Assembly (NCBI RefSeq): GCF_037042905.1
Contig: NC_087250.1
Coordinates: 8,744,001 to 8,808,000 of the forward strand
Length of the DNA: 64,000 nt
Direction: 5' to 3'
From: Lytechinus pictus
Taxonomy: Eukaryota
Position 1 is the stretch's first letter. Every line of letters begins with the position of its first letter. Position numbers and translations under genes: made by a program. The notes under the pieces are model-generated. The model was not told the origin of the DNA, made no database searches, and worked only from the letters and a program-made list of their open reading frames with translations. Below, piece after piece: positions 12,909-27,550 of the stretch.

Positions 12909-15900
12909 TTAAATAGATAAAAGCCTACAGCTCTACATAATATTTCTGTGATTCTTTGTTTGGCTGTCAAATAAATGAATATAAATAAAGCCCCAGGTTT
13001 AGATGGGCTCCCTGTTTAACATACAATATTGATGGAGATACAGATGGAAAATTGTGCCAAATAAGTGGCAAATAAAACATAACACAAAATATGGTCTGGG
13101 GCTGTAGGTTTCATTGATTCAAACAGGATATACTTCCATCATAGTTCAATGTCGTAGTTAGAAGAAAATCTAGTTTGTGATCAAATTTTTTTGTTTTTTG
13201 AATAATATGTACAAATGTATGAAAGTACAACCATGCTCACATAGCTTGATGTCAGGTAATTCAGGCATGTCAGAACCACAATAACGACTCATTTTGAATT
13301 TTCAATTTTTGAGAGTTACTATAAAAGATTAGTCACCTGGCAAGCAATGAAAATGCATGAAATTTGCATTGTTGTATTTTACTTTAATTTTTCTCTGTTG
13401 TTTTGGATTCAATATAGCCTAAAGTTACGTTGGATCTTCATCTTGAGGTGGATTTATTGACCATCAAAGCCTTCCTTCTTGGCGAATAAGTATGATTGGC
13501 CGGCCTAAACATTCTGCTTCATTTCTCAGCTCTGCAATCAGAAGTAAGAGAGGGAACACATAAAAAACATCTGACCTACATTAAAAGAAGAAAAATCACA
13601 ATCTTGATCCCTGATTCGCTCATTTTATTGTGGATGGTTTGAAGAGGAGTTGAGCTGAGCAAATAACCTCCTCCGCTCCCCCCCCCCCCCCCAACTTCAG
13701 ATCTTGGCACTTTATCTGAGTGATCATGATGGAATATTAAATATGCTAATTAATGCATAAATACATTTTCGGTCAACTTAGGAAGTAAAATTCCAAAATA
13801 CTTCTGATCAAACATTCTTTTAAAAACACCCAAAATGTTAAAGTATTTCCCTGATCTGATGTCCTTTATTGTGCCTCTTTTTTTTCTCAATTTTCAACAT
13901 ATTTCTTTGTTTTTCACATTTTCAATTCTATTCTCAAATTATTTTTCAATGAAATTTGCCTGCAATCAAAAGATATGTTATCATGCCCCAACTTTAGCAT
14001 GCACAAATGCATCTAGACCTTTGTTTGCTTATAGAGAATGAAATTTACATTGCAATATATCATTACAAAAATCTCTGAATACCAAAGGATATGTTCAACC
14101 CCTAAAACACAGAACCGAATAGTTTTTCAGGATTATCCACATTCAATGACAACTAAACAATCTAAATGAAATAAGACTTCAAAATGAAAATAGAAGACAC
14201 ATTTAATTTTGACATCAAATAAAAGGCTATATAATATGAGCCATTTGGTAGAATGTTTCTTATTGATCAGAAACATCAGATGCACTTTTCTTAATAGCGC
14301 AATTGGTTATATGGTATGAAATGGCCTGTCCAGTGGATATAACAACGATTTTTAACATGCTTTTTCTTGTACAAAGTCTCATAGGTCCAGGCAGGTGTCA
14401 ACAAAGTTACCAATGAAATGATATCAGCTCACATTACTGCAATGCTTGCATTGCATATAATATTGGACTGCCTTTGTGATGGACCAATGAAGCACTTTAT
14501 TATTATGATGGATACTTTAAACGGAATGATTTGTTGATCCCCACAAGCAATTACCAATCTTACACAACACACAGAGCATGCTTATTACCTTTTAATGTAA
14601 CAAAATGTGCATTCATTGCTATAGCATTTTTCTTGTAATATATATCTTATCTCCAGCAACAGCCTTGGTAATAGATAATCCACTTGAGAAATTCTAAATT
14701 TAGTGCTACATTTACAGTGGATTCTGAATTTGCCTGCAAGACCTACTGCAAGACTATTGCAGAGCCTCCATCCAGCTAAAAGCTGAATCAAATGCATTTA
14801 CAGTGGGCAATGAAACACTGCATCAACAGCGCATCTAATTGCCATGGCGTTTTTATTCTGCATTGAATAACTCTGCAGCAAATGGCACATTTCTTTCACA
14901 GCCCTCATAACTTCTATATCTGAAAATGGTACACATGACTATTGTTGGCCAGGCTAAAAAGCGCAAAAAACAAACCCAAGTTTTGATGCACTGTTGGTGC
15001 GGCATTGCTGCTAGACGTATTTATACTGGCAAAACTTTGAATCAGCTGCCGATGTAACGTTTTACGTGGGGGATGGCATGTGTGATTGGTGTGTCTGAAT
15101 CAATGGCTTTTAATTATTGTGAATTAGCATCACACCTCTTCACACCAACGCACCATCAAGGTTCTCGCCAAGGTTTATGGCTTGGCAGGGCATTTCATCT
15201 CTATCACTCAGCTATATGCAAAATCACACACACACACGCGTAATCACTTCAAAATCATCTCACTTCTCATATTCTTACATTTTACCAATATCGTGACATC
15301 ATAAAATGAGCCGAAAATAGCACTTTACATACCGTTCCAGAGTTGTGAATTTATTGAAGATGAACGTATAGACAGACGTGCAGGCACAAAACTTCATTAA
15401 GACTCTTCTCTCCAACAGAATAAAATGGCCACTTGCCTCATGGCAATCAACGACTAATTGTCTGCAGTGGCTTTGTTCTGGACTGCATGAACTCTATTGA
15501 AAAAAAAAAGAAGAAATAGTTGTATCTGAACATGTACTTCCAGAATGGAATTGCTGCACAACTTGTAACTTTTAGAAGAACATTTTTACATTAGGTTTAT
15601 ATCTTGCAACATATAATTACAAGATTTGTGTTTTTTTTCTTCTTCGAATCAAACAGAATCCTGATTCGATTTATACCATAAATTAGGTTCTTCTTTTAAA
15701 AGTACTCTCAGTCTTTCCTGGGTATCAATAATGCCCTACTTAATGATTTTTAATGGCTCGCAAATAATTCTCATAATTAGTGTTTGCTTGTTATCTATAC
15801 TCAAAAGAAAACTCTTGGTTCATGAGGAATGCTCATAACTGTTCATTGCTATTGCTCATGAAAGTTCATTAGACTCTTTCAAATCCAAACTCAATCAAAA

Positions 15901-18863
15901 ACCTAGCAAGTGACCTGCTTACTTGGTGATTTCACACACATCAATAAAGTTGGCGGAGTACAGCAAGTCTGCATATGCCGACTTAACCCAAGACAAGACA
16001 AGACAAGACAAGTTCTGGTTTGTGATTACTCACACGCATTTGTGCTAGTTCATGAGTCTTACATACACAATGACTGGCTATATTGAGTATATTGGCAAGC
16101 TTTATGAGTCTTATACACACCTCCATTTTATAATATTCATGACCGAGTTCCAATGGACCAGTTGCATCATTCCCGAGCGATATTTTCTGTTTTATCTTGG
16201 TTATTATAAGTACACACCACTTTCTAAACTTTGTCTAAAAGACTGTAGCTTTATTTTAGGCATATCATTTGTAGATCTATAACTAGTACTAGCAACATCT
16301 AGTACTTATAGTAATAGCCTATATGCATCTTTTTTTAAAGCCAATATTCTGTTCATTATTCTGGGCAATAATGGTCTAGATTCAATGATCCGTAACTCTG
16401 ACCCATGCGGTATATTTGTGCATGGCCATAAACTTCGCTGATTGAGAGAGTATAAATGCAAGCTGCCATACCCCACCGCTGCCACCAATACAAGTGTTTC
16501 CCTGGAGTAGTCTAACGCGAGATGGCCTACTGACTGTCTGCCGTCTCACAGGAAATCCGCAGCAGCTCCGGAGCAGCTGCGAAATTGCTGTGAGAAAAGA
16601 CCTCACTATAAATGCAGTATATGAATACCTATATTATGGTATATTCAACTCCAGAGCATGCACTACTTGTTTGACATGAATTTTTTGAATTGTGACAGAG
16701 AAGTATAATTTGAAAGGCAACAAGGAAGTCTGAGAGTGGGGTAGTTTTGAAGAGAGTACGATGCTAAAGCTTTCTTGGGGACCAGAAAGTCAATATGACA
16801 ACAATGTGCTGAAATATTCTACATAAGGAAAAATATCTCTTATTTACCTTGAATTTCTCCACAAACTCCTACATTTTCGCCTTCCAGAGAGTATGCCTCT
16901 AGAAGCACTCGGTAGGCAACATCTTCATGAAGGATCTTGGGTAATTTGGCTGGCTCATCATCTCCATTTGTTGCTGTGATCAGATGACAAACTGTAAGCA
17001 GAAAAAGGTTTGGGGAAATAAAACACTGTTCTCCACCAGCCGATCCAGGGGCAGAAGGCCCAGGTTCCTGTCCCCCCCCCCTCCAAAGAAAGTGAAAAAC
17101 TAAGTTTAGGAGAATAGAAAAAGCAAAAATGATTCCCCACCCACCCCTCCCTGAGTCAAGGGGAGATGATGATTGGACTGAGGACGTTTTTATGCTTGTC
17201 AGAAATTTTTTTGACTTGGAATTGCTTTCGAAAATGATGGTAACCTTACACCTCTTTATTTTCTCACTTGTCAGAAAATTTTGAGTTGAAATTGCTTCTG
17301 AAAATGGTGGTGACCTTTGACCTTTATGGCTTAAAAAAAATCCCCTTGTGCCCCCCTCCCCCCCCCCCTCCCCCCACACAAACAATCCGCCAATCCTGGA
17401 TCTGCTGCTATCGTTGTGTAATATATTACTGACTGTATATTGCACTACTATACATGCAGCCAAAAGCTACATGCTACCATTCTAAACATGACAAGGTAAG
17501 TGGATTTATACCACTCTTTAAATACACTATTACTTGAGCCTTTTGGCAGGTTTTTTCAGCCATCATTGCAATGATTTCTACAGGGATATTGCATGTACAT
17601 GCAATCCAAAATACTTATGAAAATACTTGGGACCCTTACTGGAATAATTATGTATTTTCCAACCAGTTCAGGTTATCGCTTGAAGCTAAAGGCCAGTTGT
17701 TGGGGTAAACAATATTTCCATGAGAGAGACTTTAAAATCAAAGTTAAGAAAAAATGTTTTGGAATGTTGAGAATATATAGTCTACTTTTTTTTCAAATGT
17801 TGAAATCCGACCCCCCGAGGGCGCTAATTAGCATATAAAGAAATACATTAAAAATACCCTTTCTGGTCTTCATAAACTAGTAATAGGATCCACCTGAAAC
17901 TTGGTGGAAATGTTGATTATTGATATTTCAATAACTTGTATTGACCATTTTGTCAGAAAACAATTCCTTATATTTTTTATTATTTTTTTTACTAATAATA
18001 TTTCAGACTTGCTAGTTAAATATTCGTAAAAGCTAATTATGCAGAAACAATTTGTTGTTTTAAGAAAATGCTCAATACAAGTTTTAGAGTAGGCATTCAC
18101 AAATCATCCTTCCAAATTTGGACTCAATCTACCTCTCCATTCTCACTTAATCTTTGTCCAACTTACATCAACCACCTGGAAATCATACTTCTGTTAAAAC
18201 AAGGAAATAAAAAGATATACATACACAAATTACATACAGGCACTACATCCAACATACACACCATCCAAAAACTTAAAAAACTGTCGGGATAGAATTCTTT
18301 TCCAATATATACAGATAACTTTATTTACAAATAAAATATACAATGAAAATTGATATTATAATTAAATTTAATTACAGTGAATTAAAATTGTAGCAATAAA
18401 AAAAAGAGGGGAAGCCCAGCTACCAGCGTCTATATCTGTTTAATGTAGCCAGGCTTCCCTGAATACCATGTTTATGATGTGGGCAGTGATCAGGTGTGGA
18501 TATGGCAGATTTTATACTGTCATCCAAACATATTTACAAGTTAACATATTAACAAATGAACATATTTACAACATCAAAAAAATTAAAATTGCAATTTGAA
18601 ATTTGATAAAAACATTAATGAATATATACACACCAGAAAAATTTAATTGAAAATTTGGTAAAGCTATTAACAAATATTTTCAACAGGAAGATAAATTGAA
18701 AATATGATAAAATCTAGAAAGAATATGTACAACAGGAAATTAATTAAATTACTAATAAGACAATACATGGCATATTTATTGGAGCTATTATTTAGTCAAT
18801 TTCGAATGGATTCATTGATACACCATATAATTTGTAGGTATACGAAATTGACCTCCATTGTAA

Positions 18864-21050
18864 TTAGTAGGCACCCGTCTCATATGACCCCCCATCCCTC
18901 TCTTCCTCCTCTTGCTCTCTAATTTTCCTAGCTTTCCTACGCAATTCCCTTATTTTCTTTATTAATTTACTTGATTTATGTTTAGCATTACTTAATCTAC
19001 AATGATCCCTTTTACGCGCTGCATGAATGGTGCGAGCCCCCATTGGGAGTCGAAGTTGTCTAAATAATCTGTTGCGACCATTCTCTGTGCCAGTTGAACG
19101 CAAGGACTGCAAGGTTGACTGCAGTGCGAACAACACGTGGACCTCTCCACAGGTATTTAGGGCACCTTTTCCAGATGAGAGCATTGAAGCTCTCATTCTG
19201 GTTCTGGGTGATACATGGGAGGCATCTCTCAAGGAGATCTGGATTACTGATTCGCGTGAATGTAGGCAACAGCACTTTGAGAAACACAGGGTCTAAGTGA
19301 TTCTCTTTGTTGACCTGTTTGCCTGTCTTTTTGTACTCACACCATCCATCTTTGGGACAATACCGGTGACGTATCCTGTTATTTCTCATTTTTTACTGAG
19401 TGATACAGGATTGCCAGTATTGCCTTGCGCATTTTCTCTACAGCCCTAACCTTATCTTGTTCTTTATTGTCTCACCTGCATAGCAGAGTGAGACTATAGG
19501 CGCCGCTTTTCCGACGGCGACGGCGGCGGCGGCGTCAACACCAAATCTTAACCTGAGGTTAAGTTTTTGAAATGACAGCATAACTTAGAAAGTATATGGA
19601 CCTAGTTCATGAAACTTGGCCATAAGGTTAATCAAGTATTACTGAACATCCTGCCTGAGTTTCATGTCACATGACCAAGGTCAAAGGTCATTTAGGGTCA
19701 ATGAACTTAGACCATGTTGGGGGAATCAACATCAAAATCTTAACCTAAGGTTAAGTTTTTGAAATGTCATCATAACTTAGAAAATATATGGACCTAGTTC
19801 ATGAAACTTATACATAAGGTTAATCAAGTATCACTGAACATCCTGCATGAGTTTCACATCACATGACCAAGGTCAAAGGTCATTTAGGGTCAATGAACTT
19901 TGGCCGAATTGGGGGTATCTGTTGAATTACCATCATAACTTTGAAAGTTTATGGATCTGATTCATGAAACTTGGACATAATAGTAATCAAGTATTACTGA
20001 ACATCCTGTGCAAGTTTCAGGTCACATGATCAAGGTCAAAGGTCATTTAGGGTCAATGAACTTTGGCCAAATTGGGGTATTTGTTGAATTACAGCCATAA
20101 ATTTGAAAGTGTGTTGGTCTAGTTCATAAAACTTGGACATAATAGTAATCAAGTATCACTGAACATCCTGTGCGAGTTTCAGGTCACATGATCAAGGTCA
20201 AAGGTCATGTAAGGTCAAAGAACTTTGGCCACGTTGGGGGTATTTGTTGAATTGCCATCATATCTCTATAAGTGTATTGGTCTAGTTCATAAAACGTGGA
20301 AATAAGAGTAACCAAGTATCACTGAACATCTTGTGCGAGTTATAGTAGTTTTCAAAATCAGCACTGCTGCTATATTGAATCGCGTGATGCAGGTGAGACG
20401 GCCAGAGGCATTCCACTTGTCTTATGCCCCCTATTACTATTTATACGTATTGTTGCCCTATATAATTTACTTAATTTTCATAGCGTATCTGATGTTCCCC
20501 TTAGTCTACCCTTCCCATACCCCACCCTCTTACCATCACTTAACACCTCACCTGATTTATCCTTACGATACTTATCTAATGCCTTATACATACGTTTCCC
20601 TACATGCCCTACACACTCTACCTTATGTTACCTTATGCCCATCCCCATAGATCTCCTCTACACCCTTAAAAGCACTACTATCCCCATCACCTAACATGTA
20701 TGTTTAGTTACTGCCCTACTCCATAATATTGTAGCTGCTGCTGCTTCCATAGACCCACTATGACCCCCATAACACTCATGCTCACTTCTTCCACTTCTTA
20801 TACCTATCCCCCTCATTATCCCATCCCTTCCGTGCATTACATTCCTTACATACTTTTGACAAAACCTCCCCAGTATCTAATGATATCACCACCCCCACCC
20901 CAAGATTCGACGTGTGCCCACGCTTATGCCATGTACCGTCAAAAGAAACTGCCACATCCACAATATCCTTGGGTCCAATTGAGGGGTCTTCTGCTCTGGC
21001 CTTGTCCCTCAGGCGCTGTGCAGCCTCCCTCATTTGCTCCTCAGATGCCT
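18864..21050 (-). mobile_element. Kolobok transposase pseudogene interrupted by a HINE
   Basis: SFDGTWHKRGHTS.LGVGVVISLDTGEVL, GDGDSS, ECVGHVGKRM, HRYCPKDGWC, TQNQNESFNALIWKRCPK, terminal YETGAY*; frameshifts and stops. Confidence 0.85.
19467..20420 (+). mobile_element. Helentron-associated non-autonomous element (HINE, Tsp/pearl-like) with ~5 internal 180-190-bp repeats
   Basis: Subterminal inverted repeats gtctcacctgca / tgcaggtgagac, (cgg)n microsatellite near the 5' end, tandem core, cttgt end. Confidence 0.75.
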
Positions 21051-21446
21051 GTAATATAAAAAAGAAGAAAACCCACCAAGAATTAGTTACAAGATTGATA
21101 TTTGATCAGCACAGGTCATTAAGATTTTTTGGCCAAAAAATACATTATACACTGCATGATAAATGTTTTATACTGTATCCGTAAGATAAGATCTAGATTT
21201 TATAATTATTCAGATATTTTACTGGCTCAGTATGAGATTATTGTCTTAAAATGAACACTGCATCACGTATGAAAAATAGCTTATAACAAACTTATCTAAT
21301 CACCTGATCAGAAGCTGTTGCCACACATTTCAAGTGGCGCTGATAGCAAGGACAAATGATACAAACCAGGAGTATCATTGATGATAGCAGTCTCTTGCAG
21401 AAGATGGAAACCATGCAAAGCACTGTACGGTCAACACTTTACATAC

Positions 21447-21618
21447 CTTTGACGCATGACCATGCTCTATCCTGTATCCATCCACAAAGTTCTTTACATA
21501 TTCATCCTCTTGGAAAAATGTCTTATGGTGAGCAGTTCCACCAGCACTTGAACCAGCTTTCTTTCTCCTCACCAAACCAAAGCACCCATCAATGCAAACA
21601 ATCACTTGACCAGTGACC
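21447..21618 (-). pseudogene. Isolated KDZ transposase exon copy (catalytic DG motif)
   Basis: IVCIDGCFGLVRRKKAGSS..HASK|gtatgt; paralogue of 33991-34161. Confidence 0.8.
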
Positions 21619-22849
21619 CTAAAATTAGATAAATTTTGAAAAGCAAGAGCTCTGCAAAAGTTTATTTTATAAATGTGATAAGGTAAACAAGATTTAAAAC
21701 ATTTTAAATTTACAAGGACAAATGATACAAACCATGAGTATCTTTGATGATAGCAGTCTCTTGCAGAAGATGGAAACCATGCTTGTGGATTGCATTCTGC
21801 CGTGAAGCAGCCAGTTCCAATCCCTCAGCAATGACTGCCAGATGAGTTGTTCCATTTTGCAAGTTCTTAAGGATACTTTTCTGACCTTCCTTAGAATCCG
21901 AGAAACAGAGAGTGATTAAAGAGAAGATCGTCAAATATAACTGAAATACCTGGATAACAATTTACAGAGATTTTAATTCGTCAACAAGTTGCCAATGAAC
22001 AGAATAACGTGTTCGGTTAGCATAAATAATTGAGACCAAATAAAATATTCTGCATAGAAATTGTATGCACCTCATTAAACTCTCCCAGGTCAACCTATTG
22101 ACAAATAAAAGAAAAGAATCATATTTAGCGGTATTTGGCTGTAATTTGTATAATTTGGCATCATAATTTTGCATAAATAATCTTGAAAAAACCCTGCAAC
22201 GTTCAGTTTAGAAGTTCTCTGTGCACAGTAATCGCAATAGCCTTGGTGTAGTTTAACAATTATTTGCTCATTGAATTCATTTTAATTCATGAAATAGTAC
22301 ATTTACTAATAATAAATCAATAAGCAATAATGAAAATGCTTGGGCATAAAATCTAGTTGAAACATTGCATAATTCTATGGCAGGGATTGCTGAATACTTT
22401 AAAGTGGTATGCATAGAAGCAATTCTGAAGATCTTCTTAAGTATAAGTGCGCAGTTGAATGAGCTTACCTGTCTTTATTACATCAACATTTGTGTGCATA
22501 TGTGCTTGATAACAACAAAATTTTAACAAAGTGAGTTTACTTCTAACAATATCATGAAAAACTAAACAGATTTTCGACTGCAGCACAGTCAAAATTTTTG
22601 CCTTTGCCATGCCAGATCAGTAATTCTAACTTACGAAATTTCAAAATAATGACTTAAAGGGCCTTTGACCATTGACTTTGTGCCCCCAAATCTACTTGGA
22701 TCATTTTCACTTCAATATGCATACATAAGCTAAGTATGAAGTTGACACCCCATATGGTTATTTGGTTATCATGAGAAAAAAACACATTTTCATGTGTGTA
22801 CAGACCTCTGTGACCGCTGACCTTGTGACCACCAAAATTGAATATGATC

Positions 22850-23150
22850 ATCTGACTCACATATGCAGATGTAGACGCCCTTCATGCTCTCAATGCCTTT
22901 CCACTTGAATCGACCAGCATACAACGCATCTCTCTTCCTCCTCAGAGTAAAGCGGTGACATGAAAACAGGTCCTCTGCTTTCAGCTTTACTCCAGCTTTC
23001 TCTGCCACTGCTAACACTTTGTTCTGGAGCATCTCGTCACGTTCTTGTTCTTCACCATCATCTCCCTCTTCACATTCCTTAATACCACAGAAACAAAGAT
23101 TAACCCTCCTTAGTTGCTGTTCTAGGTCATTGTCCCTGTATTGTAGACGG
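22850..23150 (-). mobile_element. LINE ORF1 fragment
   Basis: DLEQQLRRVNLCFCGIKE..DLFSCHRF..KGVYIC. Confidence 0.7.
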
Positions 23151-23948
23151 AAGAGGTGTGGGTTCACCTTTTTTACAAGTATTACATAAAGTGAGATAAA
23201 TATAAGAATTAGGCTGGAAAAGCACAAGGTATAAACATAACGAGAGTGTAAGGGTTAGTAGAAAGGAGGAGATTTCATGAAAATCTGATAACAAAGTATT
23301 TGAATTTGAAAGTTTAGCAACATTTTGGGAAAAATTACAGGAATGTGCACATGGTTGTCAGGAATATTTGTTAGGCTTATGTTATAAAATGAAATCATTA
23401 TTATTTCATATTTTCATACACATGTGTATGATATGTCCAACGTATCATGAAATGATTTCCAGCAATGCATGTCTTCACATTGAAAAAAATTTCACTCCAT
23501 TTTTAGTTCTTGGAGGACAAAATGTGAATAAACATGACTTCTTGTAATAAAATACAAAAGAACAAGTGGGGATATGATATCAGCTTGTTAAGATAACAAC
23601 ATAGAACTTGTTGATTACTTGATCAGTTAACGTTACGCCGTAACAACTTCTCTTGTGTGAGAAGCTGTCAGATATTTCTGCTCTAGTCGTGCAACCCACA
23701 TGACTTTGGCCTCCCTGGATATCATGGTCTGGAAGCAGGGAGTTTATTGCATCAAACAGTGCAACAACATCCTTGGTTTGGGGATTTGCATTGCAAGATT
23801 TGTTTATCTTTTCAAATTCCTCCTTTTTTCCTTCAAGTATTGCCCGTTCCTTTTGCTTTCTGATGTTTGCTTTGACCAGTCTTTGGTAAAAGTACCTACA
23901 ATGCCCGCCAGGGTCCTCAATATTCCCTACTTCTTATGTGGAATCTTC

Positions 23949-24430
23949 TTATCTACTGCACTTCACCATAGTACTACCATTATCTGGCATCCTACAATGG
24001 CAGTATACTCGGAGTCGCCATTCATACTTAATGGCAGGAGTAGCCTCTCTTCTTTTTGACCTAACAACCCTATCAAGGAATGCTGATATGTCTCTGGTTT
24101 CCAAAACATCTATCAATGCTGGACGCAGTTGCATTTGAATGTACACATTTTGGCTTGGATCCTCCCCTAAACACAGCGATGCAGCAATTGCTGTGGAAAA
24201 AAGTCCACATTCGTTAACACCTTGTTGTTGGGCATTACTAACGCACATATTCCAAATTACAAAGCCTGGTCTGGCCAGCTGACAAACTGCTTCACCATTC
24301 ATACTTAATGGCAGGAGTAGCCTCTCTCCTTATTGAGCGAACGACCCTATCAAGGAATGCTGATATGCTTCTGGTTTCCAAAACATGTATTAATGCTAGA
24401 CGCATTTGCGTTTGAATGTACACATTTAGC
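23949..24430 (-). pseudogene. Ulp1/SENP-like (C48) protease C-terminus plus PHD start, partly duplicated
   Basis: QQQGVNECGLFSTAIAASLCLGEDP..QMQLR, then VYCHCRMPD..MVKC; a further copy at 25950-26165 (QQQKGDNDCALFSIAFA). Confidence 0.7.
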
Positions 24431-24800
24431 TTTGTACTTGTACTTCTGAAAATTAAGAAAAAAAAAACAATTGTACTGCTTACCCCTGTGGTTTTGTGGC
24501 AGTTAATATACATATTTATAAACTACCTCAGTGTCTTTATTTTTTGCAAATTGTTCATGGGGCTACTTGCTATAGGCCTGGCCACCAGCCTGTTATGTGG
24601 TGTCTTTGCTGTTATTCAACTACACAATATGACATTTTGAAAGCAATGTATTAAGAACTATCACTGTTTGACATGGGCTAATTTCCAAAAAATACTTTGG
24701 CTATTAACTGGCTACTCATTGTTGGCTTTTGGTTGGCTGGTCACATGACATCCGACATTGATGAAATTTTCGGGTGATTTTAAGAAAAAAAAACTACTGT

Positions 24801-25328
24801 TTATTGTTTATAAAGCAATAGGCGACAGTGAAGGTCTATTGAGTTCTTGCAGTCCTTTATCGCCCTCTTCCTGTCAGGGGCTGCCACTCCATACATATCC
24901 ACTGTTGTCCTGAGGACATAGGTGAGGAGCCCCTGATCAATCTGTTGGACATTGGTTCTCTTGCTTACTTTGCTCGTCTTGCCAGAACAATTGCTCTGTG
25001 CTAGAACCTCATTTGTAATTAATCTACAAACTAACTTTTTAGCGAAATTCTTCATAGAAGATGAGTTAGCCTGGATAGACATCAGTGTTGAGGATGATAG
25101 TGGGATAGTTGCCTCCTCGGATGCGCTAACATCCGATTCGGCTTCAGAGGCTGCTACAGGTTGGGCAATAGGTTCAATTACAGGTTCTGGTTCGGCTACA
25201 GGTATGCCTACGTGATTAGTTTTATGGAAGTTGCTGTTCAATTTTTCAATATTGCTGTTTAACGTTTCTAATGCAACTGCATTCCTACATTCTTTCTCTC
25301 CTCTCTCTCTCTCACCCCTCTCACTCAC
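24801..25328 (-). pseudogene. BEN-domain protein terminal exon (TE cargo)
   Basis: SSMKNFAKKLVCRLITNEVLAQSNCSG..IDQGLLTYVL..CKNSIDLHCR fits the BEN pattern; partial copies at 29782-29935, 30120-30336 and 32051-32510. Confidence 0.7.
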
Positions 25329-25339
25329 TTCATCTTACC

Positions 25340-25950
25340 CACTCACTCTCCCATCCATCCTCTCCATCCTCTCTCACATAATGATTCTCCAACTCTTCCT
25401 CTGTCAAACTCCCAGTTCCCTCCTCTCTCACATAATCATTCTCCAACTCTTCCTCTGTCAAACTCCCAGTTCCCTCCTCTCTCACATAATCATTCTCCAA
25501 CTCTTCCTCTGTCATACTCCCAGTTCCCTCCTCTCCCTCCTCTCTCACATAATCATTCTCCAACTCTTCCTCTGTCATACTCTCAATTCCCTCTTCTCCC
25601 TCCTCTCTCACATAATCATTCTCCAACTCTTCCTCTGCCATACTCCCAGTTCCCTCTTCTCCCTCCTCTCTCACATAATCATTCTCCAACGCTTCCTCTG
25701 TCAAACTCCCAGTTCCCTCCTCTCTCACATAATCATTCTCCAACTCTTCCTCTGTCATACTCCCAGTTCCCTCTTCTCCCTCCTCTCTCACATAATCATT
25801 CTCCAACTCTTCCTCTGCCATACTCCCAGTTCCCTCTTCTCCCTCCTCTCTCACATAATCATTCTCCAACTCTTCCTATGTCATACTCCAAGTTCCCTCT
25901 TCTCCATCCTCTCTCTCATTCTCTTCCTCCTCTCCCTCCTCTCTCTCATG
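25340..25950. repeat. 45/54-bp minisatellite, open on the minus strand as an acidic repeat
   Basis: ENDYVREEG(EEG)TGSMTEEEL repeated ~10 times; unexpanded relative at 32590-32670. Confidence 0.9.
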
Positions 25951-26338
25951 ATATGTCTCTGGTTTCCAAAACATGTATCAATGCTGGACAGAGTTGCGTT
26001 TGAATGAACACATTTTGTTCCCTAGACACAGCGATGCAGCAAATGCTATGGAAAAAAGTGCACAGTCGTTATCACCTTTTTGTTGTTGTACAGTACTCAT
26101 GCACATATTCCAAATCACAAAGCCTGGTTTGGCCAGCTGACACACTGCTTCACCATTCATACTTAAAACATCACAACTTTCTGCGGCAAATCTGTGTTTC
26201 TGCGGCAAATCTCAAAACAGCGGCAAGTTTCCGTTTCATAAAACTTTGCCGCAGAAAGCATCTGCGGCAAATGACAATTTCTGCGGCAAATTCTGCCGTA
26301 GCAACATTAACAACACAGCTGTTTCACTAATCAAGAAA

Positions 26339-26698
26339 ATGGCTGCAGCATTGTTGGCGTGCATCAATGAGGAGGAGCAGCGTCCCGTACGTCGGCCTCG
26401 CATTTTCAGGGATCGGTCAAACCCCCTGGATCTCTATAATGACGACGAAATGTTTAAGAAGTACCGATTCAGAAGAGATGGAATTCTCGCGATTATTGGG
26501 AGATTGGAAGATGCCATTCGTCCCAACTCCAATCGGAACAAGGCGATATCACCAGCGTTGCAAGTGTTTATTGCCTTGCAATTTTTTGCCACAGGGTCAG
26601 TGCTTGATAGTAGTGGAACAATACATGGGGTCAGCCGATCGACGACATGCAGAGTTATCCATCGTGTGGCGGGGGCTCTCTGCAACATTAAACATGAG
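26339..26698 (+). mobile_element. PIF/Harbinger transposase, first exon
   Basis: RPRIFRDRSNPLDLYNDDEMFKKYRF..ISPALQVFIALQFFATGS..HGVSRSTTCRVI..HE|gtaag; (t)ctgcggcaaa subterminal repeats at 26180-26300. Confidence 0.85.
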
Positions 26699-27550
26699 GT
26701 AAGACTCAAAGTTATCGTTGCTCTTTTTGATGGGTCAGTTGAAACTGTCGCAAGGTCGGCTGGAAGCTTCTCAGCGGCTCTCGCTTCTACCTTCGCCGGA
26801 GGATGAGCGGTAATTTGCGCCGTCTTTCCCGTTCACGTTAATTGACCGAGTAACGATAACCGAGGCTCTCGGCCGAAATTGCAGGAATTTAACAAGACTA
26901 GTGTACGGTACCATAGATCTAAGATAAAAATAAAAGTATGAAAATAAAGGGTATGTCATTTTTAAGCAGAAATCTGGCTTTACAACTTACAAAATAAAGA
27001 AAAGACCCCGCTACTCAGCTGCCGTTGACAATTCGATTTCGACGATTCATCATAGGCTCAGTTACAGTGCGTACAAATTAAATTTTCGCCAATTGGATTC
27101 AACGACGGTTGTTTCGTCGCGGATCGCATCGTAGTCAACGGCGCTCTCTAATTTGAACAATTGTCAACATTCCTTTGTTCTTAGACTAATCGTAAGAAAT
27201 TGGTAAACAACATAAAAATTATAATCAAACTTGAGGCAGTTAACTGCTATCTTACTGCTAAAATCAACCCTATGAAAACATTGGCACTGAAATGAGCATT
27301 ATTTATCATGACAATCAAATATTCCTGTATCCCAGTAATTGACCGCCATGAGAATGTTACTGTCTACATTACCTTTTCAGCACCTATCTAGGCATACCTT
27401 ACTGGATGTTTACCCTGACAGTTTCATTCAAGTTTCATTGTAAAATGGCAGAAAAATAATACCAAGATTTGAGAGAAATCCATCAAAGGTGGAAAAAGTT
27501 ATTAGAATTCTAATTTGTGAAGTCTATGTATCTTGAATTAAATTCCATAC

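Noticed and set aside
25231..26007. 258-aa hydrophobic plus-strand ORF
   Set aside because: Antisense reading of the acidic minisatellite
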